Shown here piece by piece: positions 29,043 to 38,554 of a stretch of DNA of 64,000 nt. Source of the stretch: an uncultured Planctomycetia bacterium (lineage in GTDB: Bacteria; Omnitrophota; Gorgyraeia; 2-02-FULL-51-18); NCBI GenBank assembly GCA_964642015.1, contig CAZXLF010000006.1, forward strand, positions 58,661 to 122,660. Reading direction: 5' to 3'. The first letter of the stretch is position 1. The number at the start of each line of letters is the position of its first letter. The translations under genes and the position numbers were made by a program. The notes under the pieces are model-generated. The model was not told the DNA's origin and did not search any database. It was given only the letters and a program-made list of their open reading frames with translations.

Positions 29043-30536
29043 TCATTTCGTAAAAAACAGCACTTCCACGTTCAGATATTTTTCATCATAGATCCTGCGG
29101 TAACGCGCCAACAAAGTCTTATCGATCAAACCTGATCGATCCTTGCTGTGTGACAAGATCACCCAGACGCGGTCATGCCCTTTGACCAATGATTCGAGTT
29201 CGCTCATCTTATCAGGCGTCACGTTCAATGAATCTTCCACAGGCACGAACCGCGTAAGCATTTGACCTTTTGGAAAAGTTTTTTTGATCAACCCTTCTTT
29301 TTTGGAATAGTATTCGAACAGCAAAGTAAAATCCCTGTGGAACACGATCAAGTCACCCGGTTTAGAGTGTTCTTCTACAAAATGAGCTGCTTCGCGGAAC
29401 TGAGTTTTTTGCGGATGACTGAAGTAAATCGTCAAACCGTAGACTGAGCACGCCAAAACAACCAGCGCCAATACCCATCGAACATGGCGTTGGCCTATGT
29501 CACAAATGCCTTTGGCGGCCAGAAGATAGAATGGAAACGTAGCAGCGATCGTATATCGCGGAGAAAAAATAGGCATCCATATAAGCGACACAACGATCGG
29601 CAGTCCCATTGTGACCAAAGTCCACAATGATAAAAGTGCGAATGAAAAAAAATAGTCTGATTTCCCGGATCGGAATGCTTTGTAGACAGAAAATGCCATA
29701 AGCAGTGCGTATAATTTCAAGAGCATGAAACCAGCATAAGAGCGGAATGTCACCCAAACAAGCTTCAATGTCGGTGTCTCGATCCAAAAATTATGATTGA
29801 TCATGCCAGCATCTTTTTTAGAGATCAGTATCCACGGCAGGTATAAAAAGAAGAGGGTGGCCTGTAAAACAATCCAGCTCTTTATTTGCTTCCAAGCAAA
29901 GTGCTTGCGCAATAAAAGCGCGGAAAATAAAAAAACATTCTGGACGATCACCGTAAAAACAGCGTAGGTATGCGTATACAAAAGAAACGCGCTGAATACG
30001 GTATAAGCCGCGCGACTTTGCATGGTATTTTTTTCTTCACGCAGTATCTTTACAAAAAAATACATCGAGACTAGAGACAAAAACGCCATCAAGCTATAAC
30101 TTCTGGCTTCCTGCGAATAAGCGACATGGAACGTGTTGAGCGCCATGATAGCGGCGGCTAAAAGACCGGCGCTTTCATTAAAAAGGATCCTGCCCAATAA
30201 ATAGATCCACCAGATCGCAAAGACGCCGAATATCACCGAAGGAAAACGAAGCGAAGCCTCACTTTCCCCGAAAATACTTACCCATATATGCATGATGCAG
30301 GAATAAAGCGGCGGGTGAATGTCTTCCAGAGAGTTTTCCATGATCCCCGCAAGATCATAATGGGCGACTTGCCTCGTGCAATCTTCATCCATCCAAAGAC
30401 TTTCGTGGCCGAGATGATAAACGCGTACAAAGATCCCCGCGCAGAGGATCAGAAAAAATATCCAACGGTACTTTGTTGAGGCGCTTTTAACTGAATGAGT
30501 ATTTTCCAGGCTCACCTCTTGATCGCTCCCAGACAT
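29043..30536 (-). CDS. GT-C (PMT/ArnT-like) membrane glycosyltransferase
   Basis: SLWMDE, DIHPPLY, LRFPSVIFG, YSQEARSYSL. Confidence 0.85.
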   Translation of the reverse strand: MSGSDQEVSLENTHSVKSASTKYRWIFFLILCAGIFVRVYHLGHESLWMDEDCTRQVAHYDLAGIMENSLEDIHPPLYSCIMHIWVSIFGESEASLRFPSVIFGVFAIWWIYLLGRILFNESAGLLAAAIMALNTFHVAYSQEARSYSLMAFLSLVSMYFFVKILREEKNTMQSRAAYTVFSAFLLYTHTYAVFTVIVQNVFLFSALLLRKHFAWKQIKSWIVLQATLFFLYLPWILISKKDAGMINHNFWIETPTLKLVWVTFRSYAGFMLLKLYALLMAFSVYKAFRSGKSDYFFSFALLSLWTLVTMGLPIVVSLIWMPIFSPRYTIAATFPFYLLAAKGICDIGQRHVRWVLALVVLACSVYGLTIYFSHPQKTQFREAAHFVEEHSKPGDLIVFHRDFTLLFEYYSKKEGLIKKTFPKGQMLTRFVPVEDSLNVTPDKMSELESLVKGHDRVWVILSHSKDRSGLIDKTLLARYRRIYDEKYLNVEVLFFTK

Positions 30537-31183
30537 TCTTCGGTATCGTTGGCCGGAGAATTTACTGCCCTAGAAACCGGGTACGCTTCCATCTCTTCGC
30601 TTGAATAAGGTTTAAGAAGCTGGGTCAAAACCGGTTCATCTTTATTTTCCGGATCAAGCCATATCTCTCTGGCCTCGCCATCCAAAATAACCGGCATCCG
30701 GTCATGGATCGGTTTCATCAATTCATTCGCGCCGCAGGTAATGATCGCGCAAGTGCGGATTTCCTGATCTTTAGGATCTTTCCAATGCGACCAGAGCCCC
30801 GCAAATGTGAAAGGTTCGCCGGTTTTTAGATGCACAAAATACGGTTGCTTACCGTGCGGCGACTCTGCCCATTCATAAAAGCCATCGGCAAGAATCAGGC
30901 ATCGATGCTTATGCAGCAGGCCTTTGAAACTGGGTTTTTCCGCCAGCGTTTCAGCTCGCGCGTTGATCATTCTCTGACCGATGGCTTCATCCTTCGCCCA
31001 AGATGGGACAAGCCCCCATCTCAAAGGTTCGATATGCGGCTCTTTTTCATTGATCACAGCGGCTATTTTTTGAGAAGGCGCAATATTAAAACGCGGCTTG
31101 AGAAGATCGATTTCTTCCTGTTTTATTTTTAACTCTTTGGCTTTTATGTTTTTTGGTTTGGATAGACTAAAACGTCCGCACAT
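30512..31183 (-). CDS. SOS response-associated peptidase (SRAP/HMCES/YedK family)
   Basis: MCGRF N-terminus, INARAET, GFYEW, HDRMPVIL. Confidence 0.95.
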   Translation of the reverse strand: MCGRFSLSKPKNIKAKELKIKQEEIDLLKPRFNIAPSQKIAAVINEKEPHIEPLRWGLVPSWAKDEAIGQRMINARAETLAEKPSFKGLLHKHRCLILADGFYEWAESPHGKQPYFVHLKTGEPFTFAGLWSHWKDPKDQEIRTCAIITCGANELMKPIHDRMPVILDGEAREIWLDPENKDEPVLTQLLKPYSSEEMEAYPVSRAVNSPANDTEECLGAIKR

Positions 31184-31207
31184 CGGATCAATACCCCACC
31201 GGGCATA

Positions 31208-31996
31208 TCATCGGGGGATCCTGGGATCCATTTTTTCTAAAGTTTCGGTAAGGACTTGGGAAATAGCCGCGTTCCTGACCCATTTGTGATCCGAAGGGAT
31301 AACATACCACGGCGCCCAACCAGTCGAGCATTGGGTCAACGTTTCTTCATAAGCGCTCATGTATTTTTTCCAAAGCTTGCGCTCAAGCTCATCAGCTTTG
31401 TTGTATTTCCAATGTTTGGATCCCTCTTTCAGGCGGTCCTTCAGGCGTTGACCTTGTTCTTTCCTGCTGATATGCAGAAAAAATTTGAGGGTCGTCACAC
31501 CGTTCTCAAAAAGGTACCGTTCAAAATCATTGATCTGCCTGCACCGGAGCCGGAGAGTTTCCTTAGGCAAAAGCTTATGCGCAAAATTCACCAAAATATC
31601 TTCGTAATGAGAGCGGTTAAAAATACCGATCATGCCTTTCGACGGAATATTTGCGTGCACACGCCAAAGAAAATCATGGGACGCTTCCTCCTCAGAAGGC
31701 TTCTTGAAAGAAACGACACGGCACCCTTGAGGATTTACCCCTGAAAAAATATGGCGCACCACACCGTCTTTTCCGCTGGTGTCCATTCCTTGCAGTACGA
31801 CCAAAAGTGCCTGCTTATGTTCTGCATAAAGCCGATACTGGAATTTCTCCAGTTTCTCCAGACGATCATCCAGCAGCGCTTTGACATCATCCTTTTCGAG
31901 TTTTAACTTATCCGCTGGGTCGCGTTGATAAAGGCGGGCCGATGATCCGGGACGCACTGTAAGATTACGAAACTTTTTATCTGATTTGCCAGACAT
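31208..31996 (-). CDS. Polyphosphate kinase 2 family (class III-like)
   Basis: QGMDTSGKDG Walker A, HDFLWR, FNRSHYED, APWYVIPSDHKW. Confidence 0.92.
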   Translation of the reverse strand: MSGKSDKKFRNLTVRPGSSARLYQRDPADKLKLEKDDVKALLDDRLEKLEKFQYRLYAEHKQALLVVLQGMDTSGKDGVVRHIFSGVNPQGCRVVSFKKPSEEEASHDFLWRVHANIPSKGMIGIFNRSHYEDILVNFAHKLLPKETLRLRCRQINDFERYLFENGVTTLKFFLHISRKEQGQRLKDRLKEGSKHWKYNKADELERKLWKKYMSAYEETLTQCSTGWAPWYVIPSDHKWVRNAAISQVLTETLEKMDPRIPR

Positions 31997-32025
31997 ATGA
32001 AAATGTATCGATACGGCGGTCTGAA

Positions 32026-32469
32026 CTATTGCTTAATATAATACCCTGCCAGACGCCACTGACTGTCATTATCCTTCATAACGGTGACAGTTTCAAAAGC
32101 CGATTTCTTGTTCTCAAAAAAAGTATAATAACCCAACACATAATATTCGCCATCAGGAGCACCCGGTAATTTCGTAGTAAATTGTCTTGTGCTTAAATTA
32201 CGGGATACCAAACCTCCGAACACTTTACGAGCGGCCGAAAGCTGCGTAATGAACTTATCTTTCTGGGCCATTGTTTTTAAATACACGCTGCCGGCATCCC
32301 AAGCTTCTGCATACTGCGCTTTATCAATAGCTGTTAAAGCTGTCTGCGACGCAGTAACGGCTGCCTGATCGCGAGTCTCGGTGTTTGGGACTTCCGCAGC
32401 CGACGCCTGATTAAAATTTATCAAGAAAAGAGCCGCAAAAAACAAAGCCAACATAACTTTTTTCTCCAT
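32026..32469 (-). CDS. DUF4019-like exported protein
   Basis: Signal peptide; LPGAPDGEY, ETVTVM, WRLAGYYI. Confidence 0.8.
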   Translation of the reverse strand: MEKKVMLALFFAALFLINFNQASAAEVPNTETRDQAAVTASQTALTAIDKAQYAEAWDAGSVYLKTMAQKDKFITQLSAARKVFGGLVSRNLSTRQFTTKLPGAPDGEYYVLGYYTFFENKKSAFETVTVMKDNDSQWRLAGYYIKQ

Positions 32470-32606
32470 CCACGTCCTCCTTTGATTTTATCTATAATTA
32501 GACAGAAAGATTTTATGCGCGCTTCTTTGAAAAGCGGTCTCTCACGAAAACTCTAGCAAGTTCTTCGGTCACAAGAGGGATACTTTCTTTTCTTGGCATG
32601 GAGGTT

Positions 32607-32921
32607 TTAGTCATCATTGTTTTGGATCATTCCTCGAAGATAAAGCCCTTCCTCGGCCAACTGCCGCCTGATCTCATAATGACAATCAAGCCAGTGGCGC
32701 AGCTTCTTGGGATCTTCAACGGACAACAGCTTTGTAAGCTCATCCTTCGGGACATCCAATAAGGCTACGATAGCCACTTCTTCTTTTTCTCCTTCGGTGT
32801 GCACATGCTCCATGAGCTCAGTGGTCGGAACATGGTGAATAAAATGCTGCTGCACAAGATAAGCTAACTTTTCCCTAGGAATATCACAAAAACATTTATT
32901 CGTATGGACAACCTGATCCAT
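32607..32921 (-). CDS. Hypothetical His/Cys-containing protein
   Basis: GGAGA SD; 104-aa ORF. Confidence 0.6.
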   Translation of the reverse strand: MDQVVHTNKCFCDIPREKLAYLVQQHFIHHVPTTELMEHVHTEGEKEEVAIVALLDVPKDELTKLLSVEDPKKLRHWLDCHYEIRRQLAEEGLYLRGMIQNNDD

Positions 32922-33106
32922 GCTCTATTCTCCGGACTGATGACGATGGGAGCATTTTACTTCGGAATAGATAAATAGTCCACTTCTCATTATAAAGATC
33001 AAAAATTAAGCATTTTTTATCAGAATATTTTACTTAACCTTTAAGCCAAGCCATGATATGATAAAATTTGTAATTATTGATTATAAATATATACAAAGGA
33101 GATAAA

Positions 33107-33280
33107 ATGCGTAAAAGAATGTTCCTAGTAAGCGTCCTTCTTATCTTAGCGGTCGCATGGTGCATCAATGCATATGCCGCAGATAGCGGGACAACAGCAT
33201 GGCAAGGATTCTGGAATTCTGTTGGCGGATTTCTTTATAATGCGCTGCCCTGGAACTGGGGCAGCTGGTGGGGTAAATAA
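33107..33280 (+). CDS. Small secreted Trp-rich peptide
   Basis: AAGGAG SD, signal peptide ending AYA, own terminator. Confidence 0.7.
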   Translation: MRKRMFLVSVLLILAVAWCINAYAADSGTTAWQGFWNSVGGFLYNALPWNWGSWWGK

Positions 33281-33295
33281 GACCTTATTTGATTT

Positions 33296-33331
33296 AAAAA
33301 AGAGACGCGTTTCATTACGCGTCTCTTTTTT
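33296..33331. terminator. Bidirectional terminator
   Basis: aaaaaagagacgcg/cgcgtctctttttt. Confidence 0.85.
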
Positions 33332-33350
33332 ATGTCCAAAATTCGTTAGC

Positions 33351-34136
33351 CTATTTTCTGCAAAGTAATATATTAGCCTGCTTCAAAAGTGTTTGCGGTT
33401 CATTAAAACAAAAAATATCACGGATGCCAAGTTTTTTACACAAACTTTGAGTGACTGAATGATTCAGCGTGTCGTATTGACGCGAATACAGGATCAACGG
33501 TATCGGAGCTGATTCCGTAACTAAACGGAATTCAAATGCCACGTCATCACCCGCCATGTCCTCTAGCCCTAATTTTATCATGACGATATCAGGCCGTTCA
33601 CCCATTGCACTGGCGAGCAAACCGATCCCGGCTTTGTAATGACGCACCGCGTAACTGACGCTTTCAAAAAGAGGTTTTGCTTGCTCTACAAATTCATCGT
33701 CGTCATCCGCCCAAAGCATTTTCCAGGTAGTTTTCAGTGTTTGAGGATAATCTTCGGTTGGCTCTGACGAACGCACAAGTGTGTGTTCTACCTGCCGGAT
33801 AATGTCCTCGAATTTCGCCGGCTTGACAATAAAATCCAACACATCCTGTTCTTTTAAAATATCGCGGAGCTCTTCGCGCGCAGAAACGACAAGCGTCGGC
33901 ACATCCATCTTACCTTTATCGTTCATTGCTTTATTGAGGAATTCGAGACCGTTCATGCGGGGCATTGTGATATCCAAAATAATAAAGTTAGGCTTATGTT
34001 TCTCCAAGGCCTCTAAACCTTCGCGCCCATCGTAAGCCGTAATGATATTATAACCGCGGTAATTTAGAGTGCTTCGCAGCGCATCCACGAAATCTTTTTC
34101 ATCATCGATGATCAGCACTGATTTAGTTTCGGTCAT
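33351..34136 (-). CDS. Tandem receiver-domain protein (REC + degenerate REC)
   Basis: IIDDE..LDITMPRMNG..VKP; second WADDD..DIVMIKLGL. Confidence 0.8.
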   Translation of the reverse strand: MTETKSVLIIDDEKDFVDALRSTLNYRGYNIITAYDGREGLEALEKHKPNFIILDITMPRMNGLEFLNKAMNDKGKMDVPTLVVSAREELRDILKEQDVLDFIVKPAKFEDIIRQVEHTLVRSSEPTEDYPQTLKTTWKMLWADDDDEFVEQAKPLFESVSYAVRHYKAGIGLLASAMGERPDIVMIKLGLEDMAGDDVAFEFRLVTESAPIPLILYSRQYDTLNHSVTQSLCKKLGIRDIFCFNEPQTLLKQANILLCRK

Positions 34137-34292
34137 AGCGATAGTTTACTCTGCCGTTTTTTTTCTGTCACGCAAATCGTTTTATTAATTGCCGATTTTT
34201 AAATATTGCTGTCAAATAGATCTATATTGACATAAGCTTGTCTATTATTTTATATTGATGATAATATTTGATGCACAATTATAAGGAGATTT

Positions 34293-34658
34293 ATGGGCGT
34301 AATAAAAGATGTATTCTTCGGAGAGTCTACTACGGAACAGGCGATGAACGACACGAAATGGATACTCTTTTTTATTGCAGGCAATATCATAATGATCGGT
34401 TTTGTAAGAGCTATCGTTTCCTTACAGATGGGTCTGATCCCATTGGGAGCCGGCTTGCTTTTTCTGGCCCTCGCATTTATCCCGCAATATCACTTGAGAC
34501 TTCTGACTTTTATCGCGTTCACCCTTTTATTGTGGGCTGACTTTTTAATACGGCACAATCCGTTCTCGATCGTTTACAGCGTCATTGGCATCTATCATAT
34601 CTATCTTCTCCTGCGCTGGAAGCCTCAAAGTAAAAAAGAGGGCGCGACGTCATCATGA
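34293..34658 (+). CDS. Hypothetical membrane protein
   Basis: AAGGAG SD; 4 hydrophobic segments. Confidence 0.65.
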   Translation: MGVIKDVFFGESTTEQAMNDTKWILFFIAGNIIMIGFVRAIVSLQMGLIPLGAGLLFLALAFIPQYHLRLLTFIAFTLLLWADFLIRHNPFSIVYSVIGIYHIYLLLRWKPQSKKEGATSS

Positions 34659-35488
34659 AGAAAACCCCCATAATAATTTTTTTCTTTCTGGTTTTAACTT
34701 TAATGATTAATGGTTTTGCTTTCGCCGAAGATTACATTGAAGCAAAAGGCCGTGGCATTCTTTCCGGAAAGATCATCAGCGAAAATGAAAAAGAAGTGAT
34801 TTTCCGCGATTCTCACGGTATCACGCTGACATTTCCGAAAAGCGAGATCACGTTACTAGAACGGGGTAAGTCGGAAGAGCCTGCCGCCGCATCCAATCCT
34901 TTCTCGCTTTCAACGCCAGCCTCTGCTTCGCGTCACTACGACGCTTCCGTTTCTTCTTCTCCGCAAGTGAGAGATGCGATGCAGCAAATAAAACGCGCTT
35001 TAAAAGAAAGGGCTGAAACCAGAGCGGCAAATAAAGACATCATGACGAAAATAAATCTGTTTATCGAAGGTGTCTATCAATGGCAGGTGGCCTTTTTCGT
35101 GCCTGACACCGAGGCGCTTACAGGCGCTTTCATGGAAGCCGTGAATCAATCACACAGAAAGCAGGGAAGCCCTGCTATCGGTATCGCTGGCATCATCATT
35201 GTGATCGTCGGAGCGATCGGGCTAATGGTCTGCGGATTCAAAGTTTTGACCGCCTCATTCCGTCAAGGCGCTACTTGGGGCTTTTTGCTTTTAGGCAATA
35301 GTTTTATGTTCTACTTGATTCGATTCGGAGAATCGGCGATCTTCATTTCCCATGTGCTGAATATCTTTGTATCCTATTTTTTCATAACGCGCTTCAATGT
35401 ATTCCGCAAATTAATGATATTCGGACTGATCTGTTTAAATCTTATCCTTGCAGCGGTCATGGTTCTTCGCTTAGGTTTTACGACATAG
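34655..35488 (+). CDS. Hypothetical exported/membrane protein with N-terminal small beta-barrel motif
   Basis: Signal peptide; LSGKIISENEKEVIF..FPKSEI; C-terminal TMs; ATGA overlap. Confidence 0.65.
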   Translation: MKKTPIIIFFFLVLTLMINGFAFAEDYIEAKGRGILSGKIISENEKEVIFRDSHGITLTFPKSEITLLERGKSEEPAAASNPFSLSTPASASRHYDASVSSSPQVRDAMQQIKRALKERAETRAANKDIMTKINLFIEGVYQWQVAFFVPDTEALTGAFMEAVNQSHRKQGSPAIGIAGIIIVIVGAIGLMVCGFKVLTASFRQGATWGFLLLGNSFMFYLIRFGESAIFISHVLNIFVSYFFITRFNVFRKLMIFGLICLNLILAAVMVLRLGFTT

Positions 35489-35489
35489 G

Positions 35490-36215
35490 GTGTCGAAAAA
35501 TTTCTTATTCATTCCGGTTATTATACTTTCGATCGGCTTGAGTTCACATTATATCCATGCCGAAGACATCCATGCGGAAGAAAAAGAAAATTATTCGAAT
35601 GTGTTGAAAACCGCCGCCGCTTTGCAAACCAAACCCTACCAATATTATGAAAAGATCGTTGACGATCTGGAATCACACGGTCATCTGAACGAAAATATGG
35701 AAAGTTTTGAAAGATCCGTATCCGGACTTTTTGGTCCGATGCAAACGGAAGATTACCATCGCCTTTCGATGGCGCTTTACTCCAGAGGATATGCGGAACA
35801 GTCTGAGCTGGTTTACAGAAAATTCGTGGAGCCTTCCAAAAAACTGTCTCCTCAGGAAGCATTGGAAAAAGCTCAAGAAAAACTTCATGCATATGAACAG
35901 GCGCGCGATCGTTTAACTGGAGACCAGTCCTCAACATCAGCCACCACAACTTCAATCGCAGATACAGCTACTCCGCTTAACAAACAAACCGCCGCCGCCA
36001 GAACGCCTTCAACACCCGCAATAAAACAATCATCATGGGAAAAAGGCACTGTATTTCACCGGCTCATTTTGACAAACGGCCAAACTATCGAAGGACGGAT
36101 CACAGAACAGGATGATAAAGGATTATGGCTTGAGACCGATCCTGGTTCTAAAGTTTATTTTGCGAAATCCGAATATAGCCAAGTTTCCCCTATTCAAACG
36201 GATAATTCAAAATAA
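35490..36215 (+). CDS. Hypothetical exported protein with C-terminal small beta-barrel motif
   Basis: Signal peptide; LILTNGQTIEGRITEQDDKG..FAKSEY. Confidence 0.65.
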   Translation: MSKNFLFIPVIILSIGLSSHYIHAEDIHAEEKENYSNVLKTAAALQTKPYQYYEKIVDDLESHGHLNENMESFERSVSGLFGPMQTEDYHRLSMALYSRGYAEQSELVYRKFVEPSKKLSPQEALEKAQEKLHAYEQARDRLTGDQSSTSATTTSIADTATPLNKQTAAARTPSTPAIKQSSWEKGTVFHRLILTNGQTIEGRITEQDDKGLWLETDPGSKVYFAKSEYSQVSPIQTDNSK

Positions 36216-36239
36216 GTCCAAAATTTCCGACTCATCATT

Positions 36240-37163
36240 TCATTCCCAATAGCGGAAAATTCGTTGTGCGAGCCGGTTTTTCCAGATATCAAGCGCAAGT
36301 GAGGTTTTGGAGGGCCAATGGCGCGTGAAAAAATTTACGCGCCGGTTCACAAAATCGAAATATTTTTCCGACATACCGCGATGGTTCAGGCTTAATCCCC
36401 ATTTTTTCTCGAAATAATCCATGCTCTGCCGGATCGCTTTCATGTCCCACTTCCAGCAATAGATCTTCACGTCATCAAGTTCCTGTAAACGATCCGTATA
36501 GTGGAGATAAACCATGGAATTCGGCTCGAACATCATCTTGCATCCACCCTTTGAAAGCGTCAGTCCCGAATCCATTTCATGAAATTCTCTCAAATTTTCA
36601 TCGTAAATGCCCAATCGTCTCGCCGTGTCGGCAACGACAAGCTGACAATGCACTTCGCAAAAATCCGATTCCTGGCGCTTGATGTTCGTATCCTGTCCTA
36701 CAACTTGATTGGCGAAACGAAGCTCCATTGATGCATACGCTTTGCCGTTCTCATGCGTAATGAAAAAATTGTTTCCGGCCGTGTGGATACGGTTCTGACG
36801 ATCAAGCACAATAGGCGCGACCATGTCCGCTCCGGTCTCGTTCTGACAGCGCACCAAAGGTTCATACCAGCCGGGGCGCACAAAAACATCCGTATCAATA
36901 AAGATCGCGAGCCTTGTTTGGACCAGTTTCAATGCTTTGTTCCTCGCCTGGGCGGTATTTAGAAATTCCAGTTCAGATATCCATTGAACACGCGATCCGA
37001 ATTTTTCCTTGAGACTCGTCTCAATATGCTTAGGAGCTCCGCCTAAGACGCCGATCACATCAAAAGGTTCTGGTGTTTGATTAAAAAGATTCGCGAAGCA
37101 ATGTTCGGCTGTCGAGAAACGATCCCGGGGGGTTACGACGATGGTGGTTTTTTCAAGCGCCAT
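36240..37163 (-). CDS. Glycosyltransferase family 2 (paralog of 9926-10924)
   Basis: TIVVTPRDRFS, ARNKAL, IDTDV, EVHCQLV. Confidence 0.85.
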   Translation of the reverse strand: MALEKTTIVVTPRDRFSTAEHCFANLFNQTPEPFDVIGVLGGAPKHIETSLKEKFGSRVQWISELEFLNTAQARNKALKLVQTRLAIFIDTDVFVRPGWYEPLVRCQNETGADMVAPIVLDRQNRIHTAGNNFFITHENGKAYASMELRFANQVVGQDTNIKRQESDFCEVHCQLVVADTARRLGIYDENLREFHEMDSGLTLSKGGCKMMFEPNSMVYLHYTDRLQELDDVKIYCWKWDMKAIRQSMDYFEKKWGLSLNHRGMSEKYFDFVNRRVNFFTRHWPSKTSLALDIWKNRLAQRIFRYWE

Positions 37164-37181
37164 ACGGTGTTATTGCTGATC

Positions 37182-37520
37182 TTAAGCGTTCTTTTCGGCC
37201 ATATCTCCTGCGATCGGCAATTTGAATTGTTCGCCTTGATAGGCTTTTACCATCAGCACGATCCACGCGATCAATTCCACGACGGACACAAGCGGGATCA
37301 GTGACCAGCCGACGACAGGAACAAACATCAGCACGAACGATAATGCGCTCAAAGCACCAAAAACAACTATCGATTGGAATGCATGAAAACGGACATACTT
37401 ATTATCTTTTTCTATGAGATAAAAAATAAGGCCTGTTATCCAACCAACCAGATAGCACAATAATGCAGCGACATTGGGTTGCGTGCCGGTGGAGGTCTTT
37501 CCGAGATCTTTGGCTTCCAT
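37182..37520 (-). CDS. DUF4870-like membrane protein
   Basis: NVAALLCY..GWITGLIF..EK..VRFHAFQS..FKLPIAG. Confidence 0.8.
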   Translation of the reverse strand: MEAKDLGKTSTGTQPNVAALLCYLVGWITGLIFYLIEKDNKYVRFHAFQSIVVFGALSALSFVLMFVPVVGWSLIPLVSVVELIAWIVLMVKAYQGEQFKLPIAGDMAEKNA

Positions 37521-37617
37521 GCATTGTCTCCTTTTTGAGGGTCCCGCAAAAATATTGCGGGACATGGTTTAGAGTATTCTAAACAAGCAAAGCCGGACGT
37601 TCAAGCAAGTTAGTTCA

Positions 37618-37920
37618 TTAACGAACCACGAGAAGCAGGATGATCGATGCAAAAATAAACGCAAGCAACAGGATCCCGGCCGGGTTTTTAAGAAAAAATC
37701 TTTTCAGTGCTATCAAAAATCCTTCGGGCATTTCGGTGGGCGCTCCGCAGTGCCGGCAGGACAGGTCTTCTTTGGTGAATGTCCAGCCGCAAGACCTGCA
37801 AACCCCAGCCCTTAGACCTTCTTTTTCTTCGTCACGCCATCTTTTCTCCAAAGACGCGGGGATCTTTTCTTCTTGCAGCTCCCATTCCGGAATCTCATCA
37901 TCTTCTTCATCTTCGAACAA
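37618..37920 (-). CDS. Zinc-ribbon membrane protein
   Basis: CRSC..CRHCG and C-terminal TM. Confidence 0.6.
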   Translation of the reverse strand: MFEDEEDDEIPEWELQEEKIPASLEKRWRDEEKEGLRAGVCRSCGWTFTKEDLSCRHCGAPTEMPEGFLIALKRFFLKNPAGILLLAFIFASIILLLVVR

Positions 37921-37944
37921 TGGAATCAGATCCTTTCAAAAAAC

Positions 37945-37981
37945 AAAAAGCTACAGAGATCGGATCCTCTGTAGCTTTTTT
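37945..37981. terminator. Terminator
   Basis: aaaaagctacagag/ctctgtagcttttt. Confidence 0.8.
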
Positions 37982-37993
37982 GAGATTTAAAGA

Positions 37994-38470
37994 TTACTTG
38001 CCTTCCCTTTCTTCCATTTCATGCTTTTCCATCTTCTCATGCAGCGCCTTCATCTTCGCGATCTGATCGGGTGTGAGAATGCTTTTCAGCTTCGCATAAG
38101 CGGCAAGATTGGTCTTCGCACCGGCCGACGCGGACGCAAAGCCTTTATCGATCAGCGCGCTCGTGGCTTCCACATCCACCTTGTCTTCAGAAAGATTGGA
38201 ATCAAGATCCAGCATGAAAGTCTTCATATCCGCCGCCTGCATGATACTGTCCTTCTCCGCTTGAAGCTTCAGCTCCTTGATGCTCTTCACCTGATCATCG
38301 GTAAGGCCTATATCGGATTTATTCTCAAGCAGGAAATGCGATTTCATCATCAACTTATTCGCGATCGGGCACTGACTTTCACTCTGATAACCTCCCCGTT
38401 CCGCCATATGAGCAAAAGCTGCCGAACCGGCACACAAAAACATCAGAACAAACATCATGGTCTTCTTCAT
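37994..38470 (-). CDS. Spy/CpxP-like periplasmic protein
   Basis: Signal peptide; IGLTDDQ and ILTPDQ (LTxxQ) motifs. Confidence 0.75.
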   Translation of the reverse strand: MKKTMMFVLMFLCAGSAAFAHMAERGGYQSESQCPIANKLMMKSHFLLENKSDIGLTDDQVKSIKELKLQAEKDSIMQAADMKTFMLDLDSNLSEDKVDVEATSALIDKGFASASAGAKTNLAAYAKLKSILTPDQIAKMKALHEKMEKHEMEEREGK

Positions 38471-38554
38471 AAAAAAATTCTCCTTTTAATAGTAACTATG
38501 GATAAATATCGAACTTCTATATTTTACCTCGAAAAATAAATAAGCTACAGAGAA

